A stretch of DNA of 47,776 bases from an uncultured Eubacteriales bacterium (lineage in GTDB: Bacteria > Actinomycetota > Coriobacteriia > Anaerosomatales > JAAXUF01). Position 1 is the first letter of the stretch, and each line of letters opens with the position of its first letter. The position numbers were made by a program, and so were the translations under genes. Below, piece by piece: positions 8,787 through 18,596 of the stretch. A model generated the notes under the pieces. The model did not search any database. It was not told the origin of the DNA and saw only the letters and a program-made list of their open reading frames with translations. The stretch spans positions 36,217 through 83,992 of the forward strand of contig CAZXWK010000004.1 in the NCBI GenBank assembly GCA_964644675.1. The letters are read 5' to 3'.

Positions 8787-9875
8787 TCAGCGCGTCGCGC
8801 TCCGAGCGAGCCGGGCAGCGACCTCCCCTGCCGCGTACGCCGCCGAGAAGAACGCCGGGTCGTCATCCGGCCCTCGGCCCATCGTCTTGACCGTCACGCC
8901 GCGGAGGTCGGGCGCCGGCACCCCTGCCCGGGCGTCCACACGCGCGTGGCGCTCGAAGACGCCCGCGGCCTCGAGCGCCGCGTCCACCTGCTCGGCGAGG
9001 TCCTCCGGCAGCCAGGGCACCGCGACTCGCGCGGGCGCCAGCGCGATCGTGCCCAGCGCGGCGAGCGTGTGGTGGCTCACGACCCGATGGCGTTCTCGGC
9101 TGTCGGCGAACGAGAGTCGCAACACCGCCACGGGTGTCCCGCCCACGGCGGCGACCGCGTTGATCGCCTCGCCCTGCGCGACTCCCCCGTGTCCGAACGG
9201 CGTCGCCGTACCCACCACCCCCGGACCGATCGCGACGATCGCGACGTCCGCATGGGCGACGTGGCACGCGGCGAGCAGGCCCGAGTGCAGGTTGACGGCC
9301 TCCAGCTCGCCGCCGAACGCCTGACCACAGCTCACCGTCGAGTCCAGCAGGCCCGCGTCGACCGCGTCTCGCACGACACCCGAAAGCGGCAGCGCGAGCG
9401 CGGCCTGGTCGGTCATGCAGTACGCGACGCGCAGTGTGGGATCCGCCTGCTTGATCGCGGCGGCCACGAGCGGCACCTGGCTATGCAGCCCGCAGCAGAC
9501 GACGGGCAGGCCGTGCAGGGTCGTGGCCCGCCCCATCGTCGCGTGATGCGGGCTCTCCTGAGACTCGACGGACACCACGTCGAGCTGCAGCGGGGTGTAT
9601 CGCAGCTTGAGGATGTGGCCGCCGGAGGGATGATCGAGCGCGACTCCCCGGCCGTCGCCCTCGCGAGCAACCACGAAGTGCGCTCCACCCGTGCCGAGCG
9701 CGAGGTCCACCGCGGTGGTGTTCAGCAGCACCCGGTCGCCGAACTCGCACGTGCCGACGAGCGCGGGGTAGCAGACCGCCCGACCCGACGCACCGTCATC
9801 GAGGTCCACGCGCAGCTCCTCGAGCGACTCGCTCGATGCCACCACCTCGGTCACGCGGGCCCACACGAGCCTCAT
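8787..9875 (-). CDS. Conserved hypothetical protein (possibly DUF3866 family), translationally coupled to the upstream M20 peptidase
   Basis: The ATG at 9875 overlaps the peptidase TGA (ATGA) and reads MRLVWARVTEVVASS... The track start at 9989 adds an Arg-rich non-coding-like extension. The family assignment is from memory and uncertain. Confidence 0.6.
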   Translation of the reverse strand: MRLVWARVTEVVASSESLEELRVDLDDGASGRAVCYPALVGTCEFGDRVLLNTTAVDLALGTGGAHFVVAREGDGRGVALDHPSGGHILKLRYTPLQLDVVSVESQESPHHATMGRATTLHGLPVVCCGLHSQVPLVAAAIKQADPTLRVAYCMTDQAALALPLSGVVRDAVDAGLLDSTVSCGQAFGGELEAVNLHSGLLAACHVAHADVAIVAIGPGVVGTATPFGHGGVAQGEAINAVAAVGGTPVAVLRLSFADSRERHRVVSHHTLAALGTIALAPARVAVPWLPEDLAEQVDAALEAAGVFERHARVDARAGVPAPDLRGVTVKTMGRGPDDDPAFFSAAYAAGEVAARLARSATR

Positions 9876-10993
9876 CGCACGTCCTGCTCGGCGAATCGGC
9901 GTATCGCGGCGAGGACCAGGTCGGTCAGCGCCTCCATGTCGGCGATCGCGAGCTGCTCGTGAGTTCCGTGAACGCCCGCCATGCCGCACGCGAGTGCGAG
10001 GGTACGCACCCCCATCGAGGCCAGCACGTTCGCGTCGGAGCCGCCGCCCGTTCGGTAGGTCCGCGGCACGAGTCCCACGTCTTCACACGCCCCCGAGACC
10101 AGCTGCACCTCAGGCGCGTCGGTCGGCACCCCGAAGCCCTCGTACTCGCGCTTCCAGACGATCTCGACCGAGCCTCCGCCCGCCGAGGCGGCCTCGCGCA
10201 GCGCGGCGTCCATGCGTTCCCTGAGCTCCTCGACGCGCTCGCGTACGAGCGACCGGCACTCGCCGGTCAGCTCGCAGCGTGCGGGGACGACGTTGGTCGC
10301 GCTGCCACCGCGGATCGAACCGACGTTGGCGGTGCTTTCCGCGTCGAGGCGTCCCAGCTCCATCCGCGAGACGGCGTCGGCGGCCATCTGCACCGCCGAG
10401 ATGCCCAGTTCGGGCTGCACGCCCGCGTGGGCGGCCCGTCCGCGGAACTCCGCGCAGAAGGTGTAGTGGGTGGGTGCCGCCACGACGATCCCTCCGGGCC
10501 GACCGTCGGCGTCGAGCACGAGGCACAGGTCACACGACGCGTCGTCGGCGGACAGGTACTTTGCCCCGACGAGGCCCACCTCCTCCTGGACGGTGAACAG
10601 CGCCTTGACGGTCGGCCTGGGCTCGCCCGACTCGACCAGGCGCCGCAGCGCCTCGATGGTCGCGGCGAGCCCCACCTTGTCGTCGGCCCCGAGCACGGTG
10701 TCGCCCGCCGAGACGATCACGCCGTCGACGATGCGGGGCTCGACACCTCGGCAGGGCTCCACACAGTCGAGGTGGGCGGACAGGCCGATCACGCCGGGAA
10801 GGTCGCCGGGGAGCTCGGCTATCAGGTTCCCCGTGTCCGAACCCGTCTGAGCAGCCGAGTCATCGGTCCACACCGTACAGCCGAGGGCCTCCAGAGCCGC
10901 GTGACAGTACGCGGCGCACGCGGCCTCGGATCCGGAAGGGCTGTCGATGCGCACCAGGTCCAGGAAGGTGTCGAGAAGCCTGGCGTCGCTCAT
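9872..10993 (-). CDS. M20/M25/M40-family metallopeptidase (peptidase T / tripeptidase-like)
   Basis: MSDARLLDTFLDLVRIDSPSGSE..., HLDCV, GADDKVGLAA and QEEVGLVGA motifs are typical of the M20 family. The start is re-set to the ATG at 10993, 3 nt after the pyrG stop. The track ORF extends 172 codons further into pyrG in a low-complexity Arg/Pro frame. Confidence 0.85.
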   Translation of the reverse strand: MSDARLLDTFLDLVRIDSPSGSEAACAAYCHAALEALGCTVWTDDSAAQTGSDTGNLIAELPGDLPGVIGLSAHLDCVEPCRGVEPRIVDGVIVSAGDTVLGADDKVGLAATIEALRRLVESGEPRPTVKALFTVQEEVGLVGAKYLSADDASCDLCLVLDADGRPGGIVVAAPTHYTFCAEFRGRAAHAGVQPELGISAVQMAADAVSRMELGRLDAESTANVGSIRGGSATNVVPARCELTGECRSLVRERVEELRERMDAALREAASAGGGSVEIVWKREYEGFGVPTDAPEVQLVSGACEDVGLVPRTYRTGGGSDANVLASMGVRTLALACGMAGVHGTHEQLAIADMEALTDLVLAAIRRFAEQDVR

Positions 10994-10995
10994 AC

Positions 10996-12612
10996 CTACT
11001 CCACCCGGGCGTTCTTGAACGCAACGGCGGCGCCGATGAAGTCGCGGAAGAGCGGCGCGGGACGGGTGGGCCGGCTCTTGAACTCGGGATGGCCCTGATT
11101 GCCGAGGAACCACGGGTGGTCCGGGAGCTCGACCATCTCGACGAGCTTGCCGTCCGGTGACAGGCCGCTGATGACGAGCCCGGCTTCGGTGAGGCGGTCG
11201 CGGTACGCGTTGTTCACCTCGTAGCGGTGGCGATGGCGCTCGTAGATGAGCTCGTCGCCGTAGGCGGCGTGGCCCTTGGTGTCCGGGACGACCTTGCACG
11301 GGTAGGTGCCCAAGCGCATCGTGCCGCCCATGTCGCTCACGTCCTGCTGCTCGTGCATCAGGTCGATGACCGGGTGCTCGGTGACCGGGTCGAACTCTGC
11401 GGAGTTGGCGCCGTCCAGACCCGCGACGTGGCGGGCGAACTCGGCGACGGCGACCTGCATGCCCAGGCAGATCCCGAAGTACGGGACCAGGTTCTCGCGG
11501 GCGTAGCACGCCGCGCGGATCTTGCCCTCGATGCCGCGGATGCCGAACCCGCCGGGGACCAGGATGCCGTCCATCTTGGCGAGGATCTGGTCAACCTCCT
11601 CGGGCGTGAGCGACTCGGCGTCCACCCAGTGCACGTTCACCTTGTGGTCGTGGTAGATGCCGGCGTGGTCGAGGGCCTCGTTCACCGAGAGATAGGCATC
11701 CGGAAGCTGCACGTACTTGCCCACGAGCCCGATGTTGACCTCGTCGGCGAGCGACTCCGAGTGGTTCACGAACGAGTCCCACTCGGTCATGTCGGGGGCG
11801 CCGCACTCGAGGCCGAGCCGTTCGATGACCATCTCGTCGAGGCCCTGCGCGGCGAGGTTGCGCGGCACCTCGTAGATGCTCTTCGCGTCGAGCGCCGAGA
11901 TGACCGCGCCCGGGTCAACGTCGCAGAAGAGCGCGATCTTGCGGCGGATGCCGACGTCGATGGGCCGGTCCGAGCGGCAGACGATGAAGTCGGGCTGGAT
12001 ACCGATGCTGCGCAGCTCCTTGACCGAGTGCTGGGTCGGCTTGGTCTTGAGCTCGCTCGATGCGCCGATCCAAGGCACCAGGGTCACGTGGATGTAGCAG
12101 ACGTTGTCGCGGCCCTTGTCCTTGCGCATCTGGCGGATGGCCTCGAGGAACGGCAGGGACTCGATGTCGCCGACCGTGCCGCCGACCTCGGTGAGGATCA
12201 CGTCGGGCTGGGTCTGCTCGGCGAGGCGGTTCATGCGGTCTTTGATCTCGTTGGTGACGTGCGGGATGATCTGGACGGTGCCGCCCAGGAAGTCGCCGCG
12301 GCGTTCCTTGCTGATGAGCGTCTGGTAGACGGAGCCCTGCGTGACGTTGCAGTCGCGCGTGAGCGACTCGTCGATGAAGCGCTCGTAGTGGCCCAGGTCG
12401 AGGTCGGTCTCGGCGCCGTCGTCGGTCACGAAGACCTCGCCGTGCTGGAACGGGCTCATGGTGCCCGGATCCACGTTGAGGTAGGGGTCGAGCTTCTGGA
12501 TGGTCACTTTGAGCCCACGGGCCTTGAGCAGGCGGCCGAGGGAGGCGGCGGTGATGCCCTTACCGAGCGAGGAGACGACGCCTCCGGTCACGAAGATGTG
12601 CTTGGTCGCCAT
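10996..12612 (-). CDS. pyrG: CTP synthase
   Basis: [20 protein letters not shown]... synthetase domain plus a C-terminal glutamine amidotransferase domain (GICLGMQ), 538 aa. Confidence 0.95.
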   Translation of the reverse strand: MATKHIFVTGGVVSSLGKGITAASLGRLLKARGLKVTIQKLDPYLNVDPGTMSPFQHGEVFVTDDGAETDLDLGHYERFIDESLTRDCNVTQGSVYQTLISKERRGDFLGGTVQIIPHVTNEIKDRMNRLAEQTQPDVILTEVGGTVGDIESLPFLEAIRQMRKDKGRDNVCYIHVTLVPWIGASSELKTKPTQHSVKELRSIGIQPDFIVCRSDRPIDVGIRRKIALFCDVDPGAVISALDAKSIYEVPRNLAAQGLDEMVIERLGLECGAPDMTEWDSFVNHSESLADEVNIGLVGKYVQLPDAYLSVNEALDHAGIYHDHKVNVHWVDAESLTPEEVDQILAKMDGILVPGGFGIRGIEGKIRAACYARENLVPYFGICLGMQVAVAEFARHVAGLDGANSAEFDPVTEHPVIDLMHEQQDVSDMGGTMRLGTYPCKVVPDTKGHAAYGDELIYERHRHRYEVNNAYRDRLTEAGLVISGLSPDGKLVEMVELPDHPWFLGNQGHPEFKSRPTRPAPLFRDFIGAAVAFKNARVE

Positions 12613-12670
12613 AGGTCTTGTGTCAGCCCCTTCTACTGCCGATACGCAATCGGTCTTCCGACTCCCGATT

Positions 12671-13675
12671 CTAGCGGTCGTGCCCCTCGCCGTGCGGACG
12701 AGTTTTGTCCTTCTTCGCGGGACGGGCCGCCTTGCTCCCCGCGTCGTCCCCGGTGGACGGCGCGAGCCGGCCTAGGCCGTCGAGCCAGCGCAACGCGCCG
12801 TTGCCCTCGATGACAGCCGAGAACGACACCCGCTCCGAGACCACGTTGAGCACGAGGACCACCGCGACGTAGGCCGCGAGCGCCCACCACCACTGCTGCA
12901 GCGCCATCACGAGCACCCAACCGGCGAGCGCACCCGCCGCATTCGCGCCGCCGTCACCGAGCATCGCGCGCTCGCCCAGATCGAAGCTCCACACCGCGAG
13001 GACGGGACCGACCAGCGCGATGCCGAAGTACAAAGCCATGGCCCAGTCCCAGCCAAGTCCGATCAGGACGCTGCCGGCGATCACCAGGACCGAGTAGCAC
13101 TTGAGCGCACGTCCCGGGCGCAGGTCCGTCAGGTTCACCAGGTTCGCTGTCAGTGCGATACCCGCACCCTGCAGGAGCCACACCCCGATCCCCTGCACGT
13201 CGCCGACCGAACCCGACGTCACGTCGGGAACGACCGCGAGCAGCGAGAGCAGTCCGATCCCGACCAGCTTGAGGCCACCGGTCGTCAGGCGGCCGTGAGC
13301 CAGCGCGCCGAGATGACCGCGAAAGCCCTTGTCATCACCCGTCCCGAACACGTCGTCAACGAGGCCCAGCGCGAACGCGCCGAGCACCAGGGGGTACGGG
13401 AAGATATCCGAGCCGAACACGAGCGGGGCCTGGTCAGCCGAGACCCGTCCCACGTAGACGTAGTCGAGCAGCGCGACGATCTGGAGGCCGACGACCCACA
13501 CCACCCATACGATTCCCAGCCCCAGCGCCACCGGCCTGCCGCGGTAGTTCGAAACGACGCCCGTCTTCGAGGACTCGAGCGTCGGCACGAGCGCGTGGAT
13601 CGCGAGCCAGGGCACCGCCCACGTCGCGAGCACGAGCACGAGTACGGCCGTCACGGTCGCAAGCACGTCGGTCAC
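12671..13675 (-). CDS. MraY/WecA-family (glycosyltransferase family 4, polyprenyl-phosphate sugar-1-phosphate transferase-like) membrane protein, divergent
   Basis: The GTG at 13675 overlaps the upstream stop (GTGA). The protein is polytopic, with a DDxxD motif ([13 protein letters not shown]) and GDxGxxxxG ([15 protein letters not shown]). The NxxNxxDGxDGL motif is degenerate ([14 protein letters not shown]). The track start at 13876 is an Arg-rich extension. Confidence 0.6.
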   Translation of the reverse strand: MTDVLATVTAVLVLVLATWAVPWLAIHALVPTLESSKTGVVSNYRGRPVALGLGIVWVVWVVGLQIVALLDYVYVGRVSADQAPLVFGSDIFPYPLVLGAFALGLVDDVFGTGDDKGFRGHLGALAHGRLTTGGLKLVGIGLLSLLAVVPDVTSGSVGDVQGIGVWLLQGAGIALTANLVNLTDLRPGRALKCYSVLVIAGSVLIGLGWDWAMALYFGIALVGPVLAVWSFDLGERAMLGDGGANAAGALAGWVLVMALQQWWWALAAYVAVVLVLNVVSERVSFSAVIEGNGALRWLDGLGRLAPSTGDDAGSKAARPAKKDKTRPHGEGHDR

Positions 13676-15987
13676 CGTGCGACCTCCTCGGGCACGAGCC
13701 GCGCGAGCACAAGCCACGCGACCGCCAGCGTCGGGAACACCATGACGAGCGAGGGGATCACGACCCCGGAGTCCTCGCTGAAGAAGCCGATAGTTCCCGC
13801 GACGAGCGCGACGAGCAGCGCCGAACGCACGTCGGGGTTCTCGGCGAGCATGTCCTCGAGGTCGCGCCGCGGCCACAGCTTCAGAAACGCGAGGAAGGCC
13901 AGTGCCGCGAGAAGCGCGCTCGACCAGTTGGTCCGGACGAGCACGCGCGCGTTCGTCTGCGCCTTGCGGACCACGATGTCGGTGAGCTGCGAGCTACCGC
14001 CCCGCTCGGCGCTGGTCAGCGCGCGTCCGAGATGCGTCTGCTCCCCTCCCCCGAACAGGTCCACCGCCGAGAAGATGCCGATCGCGAGCGCGGTGACCAC
14101 GAGCGCAACCGCGACCGCCTGCCATCCGATGCGACGGCCGTTCATCAGGAACCACGCCAGCACGAACCCGCTCGCGCCCCACACCGCGACGCCGACGTTC
14201 GCCCCGAACATCGGAGCAGCCGCGGCTCCCACGACCGCGACCCCCGCGATCACGACGCCCCAGCGGCGCGCGAAGGCGTTCCAGCGCGCCGAGGGCCACT
14301 CGTCGAGCGCCAGCCCGAGTCCGACGATCGCCGAGCCGAACAGCAGCGACGCCCCCTCGTTGCCCAAGCCGTAGAATCGCGCGGCGAGCAGCGGGGAGTA
14401 CGACAGGTACCCGGTGAAGGACAGCCTCGCCGAGAACAGCTGGTCGAGGAGGATGACGGCCGCGGTGGCCAGGGCGAGCGCGATCACCGGGGTGCGACCG
14501 CCACGAAGGCGCCACACGAGCACCGAGATCGCCCAGACGCCCAGCACGGTGAGCCCGAAGACGGCGGTGGCGGTCGCCCCGTTCGGCGGGAGCGGCACGA
14601 CCGCGAACATCAGCCACGAAGAGACCGGGACCGCGAGCAGCAGGAGCACGAAGGCGCGGAGCGCGCCCGACCAGCCGCGCGTCACGCCGAAACGCCAGCG
14701 GTGGTGCCGCGCGACCACGATGGCCACCAGGAGCAGGGCACCGACGAAGAGGCCGATGTAGAGGTTCGCGACGCCCGCCTTGGTCGCGTCGATCGCAACC
14801 GCAGCCTCGGAGAGCGCCGCGAGCTTCGCCTCGCGCGCCGCAGCGCCGGCAGGCGCGTTCACCGGCCGCACGGGGTTGCCCTGCATCTGTACGGGGCGCT
14901 CGATCCCGAGGAGGTCGAGCGCGGTCGCCGAGACGTCCGCAAGGTTCACGACGCCGGCCCGATGCGTGGAATCCGACGTGAGGAACCCGCTCCAGCCCTT
15001 CGCCGAGACGATCACCGGGCCGAGCCCCTGCGGGACTCCCGTGACGGCCGGCGTGGGGGCCAAGCCGACGATGACGACCGCGCCGTGCTCCCCGCGCCGC
15101 TTCTCGGCGAGTGCCACCACGCGGTCGAGCGAGCGCATGGCGTCGACCCGATGCCGCGCACCCGCTTCAGAGGTGGCCTGCGAGGCGAGGCGCTCGGCGC
15201 GGTACGGGTCGCCCGCATCGAGCACCACGAGCGAAGGGCCGTCGTGGCCGTTCACGAACCCCGTGAGCCGCACGAACTCCCGCTCGAATCTCGCGGGATC
15301 GGTGACCACGCCGTACGGCGCTCCAAGCGACGGCGCGAGCAGGTCGGTAGAGACATCGCCTACCATCACGCGCCCCGAGGCGTCCATCGCCACGATGGCC
15401 GCCGGCCGCATGAACCGCGGTGCGCCCTGCGCCGTCCCCGCGTCCGAGTTGCCAATTGCCGCAGTCAGGCCTCCCGCGTCACGCACGGCCTGCCCCAAGG
15501 TTCCCAGCATCGCGCCGGGCGACTTCAGATCGCTCGTACGCTGCGCGAGCGGCAGTCCCAGGTAGCCGAGCCGCGCGCCGGCCATCCGCTCGCCGAAGAT
15601 CCGCTGGTAGGACGCCGCGCCCGTCGTCGTCGAATCGAGCGAATCGGACACGGTGGTCTCGGTGTCGTTGAAGGCGGCGAGCGCGGTGAAGTCCGGCTGG
15701 GTCCACGCGCCCGACGAGAGCGTGAGCGCCCCCTCCAGAGGTGACGGCACCTCAGCGATCTCGCGCACGCGCGCCCGGGCGCTCACGGCGCCGACCGCGG
15801 CCTCGCCGACGAGGCGGTGAAGCGTCGGTGTCGCCGTGGCTGTCACGTCGTCCCAGGTGAGCCCCGGCGCCAGGACCAGCGTGACGTGATCGGCGGTGCT
15901 CGCCGCGTTCACGCGAGTCGCGGGAGTGAGGAAGAACGCCGCTACCAACACGGCGGCGAGGGCCCCTATCACGCTGGCTCGCTTCAT
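13672..15987 (-). CDS. Large hypothetical envelope protein: signal peptide, ~400-aa extracytoplasmic domain, then ~10 TM helices
   Basis: ATG at 15987 (MKRASVIGALAAVLVAAFF...NAAS), preceded by GGAGAGGG. N-terminal soluble domain (VTLVLAPGLTWDDVT...), then a C-terminal polytopic region (...LYIGLFVGALLLVAIVV...FYGLGNEGASLLFGSAIVGLGL...). No family recognised. Confidence 0.65.
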   Translation of the reverse strand: MKRASVIGALAAVLVAAFFLTPATRVNAASTADHVTLVLAPGLTWDDVTATATPTLHRLVGEAAVGAVSARARVREIAEVPSPLEGALTLSSGAWTQPDFTALAAFNDTETTVSDSLDSTTTGAASYQRIFGERMAGARLGYLGLPLAQRTSDLKSPGAMLGTLGQAVRDAGGLTAAIGNSDAGTAQGAPRFMRPAAIVAMDASGRVMVGDVSTDLLAPSLGAPYGVVTDPARFEREFVRLTGFVNGHDGPSLVVLDAGDPYRAERLASQATSEAGARHRVDAMRSLDRVVALAEKRRGEHGAVVIVGLAPTPAVTGVPQGLGPVIVSAKGWSGFLTSDSTHRAGVVNLADVSATALDLLGIERPVQMQGNPVRPVNAPAGAAAREAKLAALSEAAVAIDATKAGVANLYIGLFVGALLLVAIVVARHHRWRFGVTRGWSGALRAFVLLLLAVPVSSWLMFAVVPLPPNGATATAVFGLTVLGVWAISVLVWRLRGGRTPVIALALATAAVILLDQLFSARLSFTGYLSYSPLLAARFYGLGNEGASLLFGSAIVGLGLALDEWPSARWNAFARRWGVVIAGVAVVGAAAAPMFGANVGVAVWGASGFVLAWFLMNGRRIGWQAVAVALVVTALAIGIFSAVDLFGGGEQTHLGRALTSAERGGSSQLTDIVVRKAQTNARVLVRTNWSSALLAALAFLAFLKLWPRRDLEDMLAENPDVRSALLVALVAGTIGFFSEDSGVVIPSLVMVFPTLAVAWLVLARLVPEEVAR

Positions 15988-16284
15988 TCCCTCTCCATGC
16001 GGCCGCCAAGGCACGGCCGGACGCGGTCGCTCGCTTCAGTGGGGGATCGACGGTGCGGGCGTCTGCGTGCGAAGCCCGGGAATCAGTGCCCGAGCCGAGT
16101 ATACCGAATCCCGCAGCGACGACGCGCAGGTGACGAGGTGTCCACGGCGGGTCTGAGCCGCAACCGCCTCAGGTACACTGGTGCCGTCACGAGCGCCCGC
16201 GACGCGCCGAGAAGTCCGCGCCGCCGAACGACTACGAGAGGCCCTCCCATCAGCAAGCCGTCCATCGCCCGCTCGACCGCGACC

Positions 16285-17892
16285 ATGTCGACCGCGACGA
16301 CCCTGTCACGCGTCACGGGCTTCCTGCGCATGTGGGCCACGGCGTTCGCGCTCGGCGCGACCGGCCTCATGTCCGCCTACAGCGTCGCCAACAACATCCC
16401 GAACATGATCTTCGAACTCGTCGCGGGAGGAATCATCTCGTCGCTGTTCATCCCGACGTTCATGGAGCTCCGCGAACACGAGGACGAAGAGACTGCGTGG
16501 CGCTTCACGAGCCACGTCTTCAACCTCGCGGTGCTCAGCCTTGGAGCGATCGCCGTCGTCGGCACACTCTTCCCCGCGCCCTTCGTCTGGACCCAGACGT
16601 TCCGCATGCCGGCCGACCAGGCGTCCGCGGTCGTCTCGGCGGCGACGTTCTTCTTCCGGTTCTTCGCCATCCAGGTCGTCGTCTACGGCGCAGGCTCGGT
16701 CATCTCGGCGGTGTTGAATTCGCGGCGCACGTACTTCTGGCCCGCCGTGGGGCCGATCTTCAACAACCTCGTCGTCATCGTGACGATGTTGACCTTCGCG
16801 TACCTGGTCGCGCCGATACGCGCGAGCGGCTCCTTCACGTTCGATGGCCGCGCCGGAACGGCGATGGTCGTGCTCGCCGTGGGAACGACGCTCGGCGTTC
16901 TGGTGATGTTCGCGGTCCAGGTCCCTGCGCTCCTGAAGAGCGGATGGCGCTACAGCTTCGGCCTGGGGCTGCACGACCCCGCGCTCCGACGGATGCTCGT
17001 GCTCGCGGTGCCGACGCTCGTCTACGTGGTCACGAACCTCGTCGCGGTGTCGTTCCGCAACGCCTCGGCGTTCGCGGTCTCGCCCAACGGGCCGTCGGTG
17101 CTCACGTATGCGTGGATCTTCTACCAGCTCCCCTACGGCATCCTTGCCGTGGCCCTCGCGACCGCGGTCTTCACCGAACTCGCCGACTCCGCCGGACGCA
17201 AGGACATGGCCGAGTTCAAGGCGACGTTCCTGCGCGGGCTGCGCGCGACGGGCGTCCTCATGCTCCCGACGTCGGCGCTGCTCATCGCGCTCGCCGTGCC
17301 GCTCGTGTCGCTCTACCGCGTCGGCGCCTTCCGGCAGTCCGACGTGCCGCTCGTCGCCGGCGCGCTGCGCTGGTGGGCGGCCGGCCTCATCTTCTACGCG
17401 CTGACCATGTTCCTGCTCCGCACGTTCTACTCGCTCAAGGACACCCGCACGCCGATGACGGTGAACCTGCTGCTGACCGGCGTCCAGGTCGGGCTGTACG
17501 TGGTGCTCTCGACCGGCATCGGCACGTGGCCGGGGATCGGCATCAACGGCCTGCCCATCGCCGACGTCGTGTTCTTCCTGCTGAGCACGATCGTGCTCGC
17601 GATGATCCTGCGCCGACGCATCGGCGGCTACGACCTGCGCGGCGTGGCTTCGACCTTCGCCCGGATGCTCCTTGCCTCGGCCATCGGCGCCGGTGTCGCG
17701 TGGGGCGCGTCATACCTCGTCGCCGGCGTGTTCCGCGGCTTCGTCGGCTCGCTGTTCCAGGTCGCGGTGGGCGGGGCCGTCGGGCTGGTCGTGGCGTTCG
17801 GGCTCGGCTGGCTTCTCGGCGTCCGAGAGGTGACGGTCGCGACCGATGCGCTCAAGCGCGTGCTCGGCAGGCGCAAGCGAGGCGGCGCGTGA
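16285..17892 (+). CDS. murJ: MurJ/MviN-family lipid-linked-oligosaccharide flippase
   Basis: MSTATTLSRVTGFLR...NNIPNMIFELVAGG... 14-TM MOP-superfamily pattern, 535 aa. The track ORF (15817..) has a 156-codon Arg-rich non-coding-like N-terminal extension that would overlap the divergent gene. Confidence 0.85.
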   Translation: MSTATTLSRVTGFLRMWATAFALGATGLMSAYSVANNIPNMIFELVAGGIISSLFIPTFMELREHEDEETAWRFTSHVFNLAVLSLGAIAVVGTLFPAPFVWTQTFRMPADQASAVVSAATFFFRFFAIQVVVYGAGSVISAVLNSRRTYFWPAVGPIFNNLVVIVTMLTFAYLVAPIRASGSFTFDGRAGTAMVVLAVGTTLGVLVMFAVQVPALLKSGWRYSFGLGLHDPALRRMLVLAVPTLVYVVTNLVAVSFRNASAFAVSPNGPSVLTYAWIFYQLPYGILAVALATAVFTELADSAGRKDMAEFKATFLRGLRATGVLMLPTSALLIALAVPLVSLYRVGAFRQSDVPLVAGALRWWAAGLIFYALTMFLLRTFYSLKDTRTPMTVNLLLTGVQVGLYVVLSTGIGTWPGIGINGLPIADVVFFLLSTIVLAMILRRRIGGYDLRGVASTFARMLLASAIGAGVAWGASYLVAGVFRGFVGSLFQVAVGGAVGLVVAFGLGWLLGVREVTVATDALKRVLGRRKRGGA

Positions 17893-18596
17893 TGGACATC
17901 GCGGCACTCATCCCCGCCCACAACGAGGCCGACTCGATCGAGGCGACCGTGAAGGCCGTCCTCGCGATCCCGGGAGTCACGCGTGTCGTGGTCGTCGACG
18001 ACGGCTCCGACGACGACACCGACCAGATCGCCGAGAAGGCCGGCGCCAAGGTCGTGCGCATCTGGGGCAACGTCGGCAAGGGCGGCGCGCTCGAGCAGGG
18101 CGCGATGCGCGTTGAGAACGCCGACGTCGTCCTGCTGCTCGACGGCGACTTGGGCGACACCGCTTCGCAGGGCGAGCTGCTGCTCGCGCCCCTGCTCGCG
18201 CACGAGGCCGACATGAGCATCGCGACCTTCCCGCGCCCTGCGGGCAAGGCCGGGTTCGGCCTCGTCATGCGCCTCGCGCGCTGGGGGATCCGCCGCTTCG
18301 GCGGCGACTTCGACGCGACCGCGCCGCTCTCGGGCCAGCGCGCGCTGACGCGCGAGTGCCTCGCGACGGTGCGGCCCTTCTCGGCGGGGTACGGCGTCGA
18401 GGTCGGGCTGACGGTGCGCGCGCTTCGGGCGGGATTCCGTCTGGCCGAGGTCGAGACGACCATGGCGCACGCGGCCACCGGGCGCGACCTCAAGGGATTC
18501 GTGCACCGCGGCAAGCAGTTCGTACACGTAGCCTTCGCGCTCGCGCACCTGTGGCGCGAGCCGACGCCCACGCGCCGAGATGGGCTCTCGCTCTAG
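17892..18596 (+). CDS. Glycosyltransferase family 2, short DPM1/GtrB/ArnC-like (polyprenyl-phosphate sugar synthase-like)
   Basis: MDIAALIPAHNEADSIEATVKAV...VVVVDDGSDDDT...LLLDGDLGD; the DxD/DDGS motifs of a GT-A fold. The start ATG overlaps the murJ TGA (TGATG). The track shows it only as the tail of a 754-codon read-through frame. Confidence 0.8.
   Translation: MDIAALIPAHNEADSIEATVKAVLAIPGVTRVVVVDDGSDDDTDQIAEKAGAKVVRIWGNVGKGGALEQGAMRVENADVVLLLDGDLGDTASQGELLLAPLLAHEADMSIATFPRPAGKAGFGLVMRLARWGIRRFGGDFDATAPLSGQRALTRECLATVRPFSAGYGVEVGLTVRALRAGFRLAEVETTMAHAATGRDLKGFVHRGKQFVHVAFALAHLWREPTPTRRDGLSL

Noticed and set aside
7675-9324. 549-aa plus-strand ORF spanning the ald start, the intergenic region and DUF3866
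   Set aside because: Crosses a genuine intergenic region and two real genes on other frames or strands. Low-complexity S/A/R/P translation.
9836-11098. 420-aa plus ORF; also 11227..12813 plus (528 aa)
   Set aside because: Antisense to the M20 peptidase and pyrG respectively.
14032-15744. 570-aa plus ORF extremely rich in Arg/Asp/Glu/His
   Set aside because: Antisense to the 771-aa membrane protein gene. The composition is a GC-frame artefact.
15817-16284. 156-codon N-terminal extension of murJ
   Set aside because: Arg-rich, and it overlaps the divergent gene start. MurJ homology begins at the ATG at 16285.
16332-18596. 754-aa plus ORF
   Set aside because: A +1-type read-through frame over murJ. 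Only its last 234 codons (17892..18596), starting at the ATG overlapping the murJ stop, encode the GT2 enzyme.
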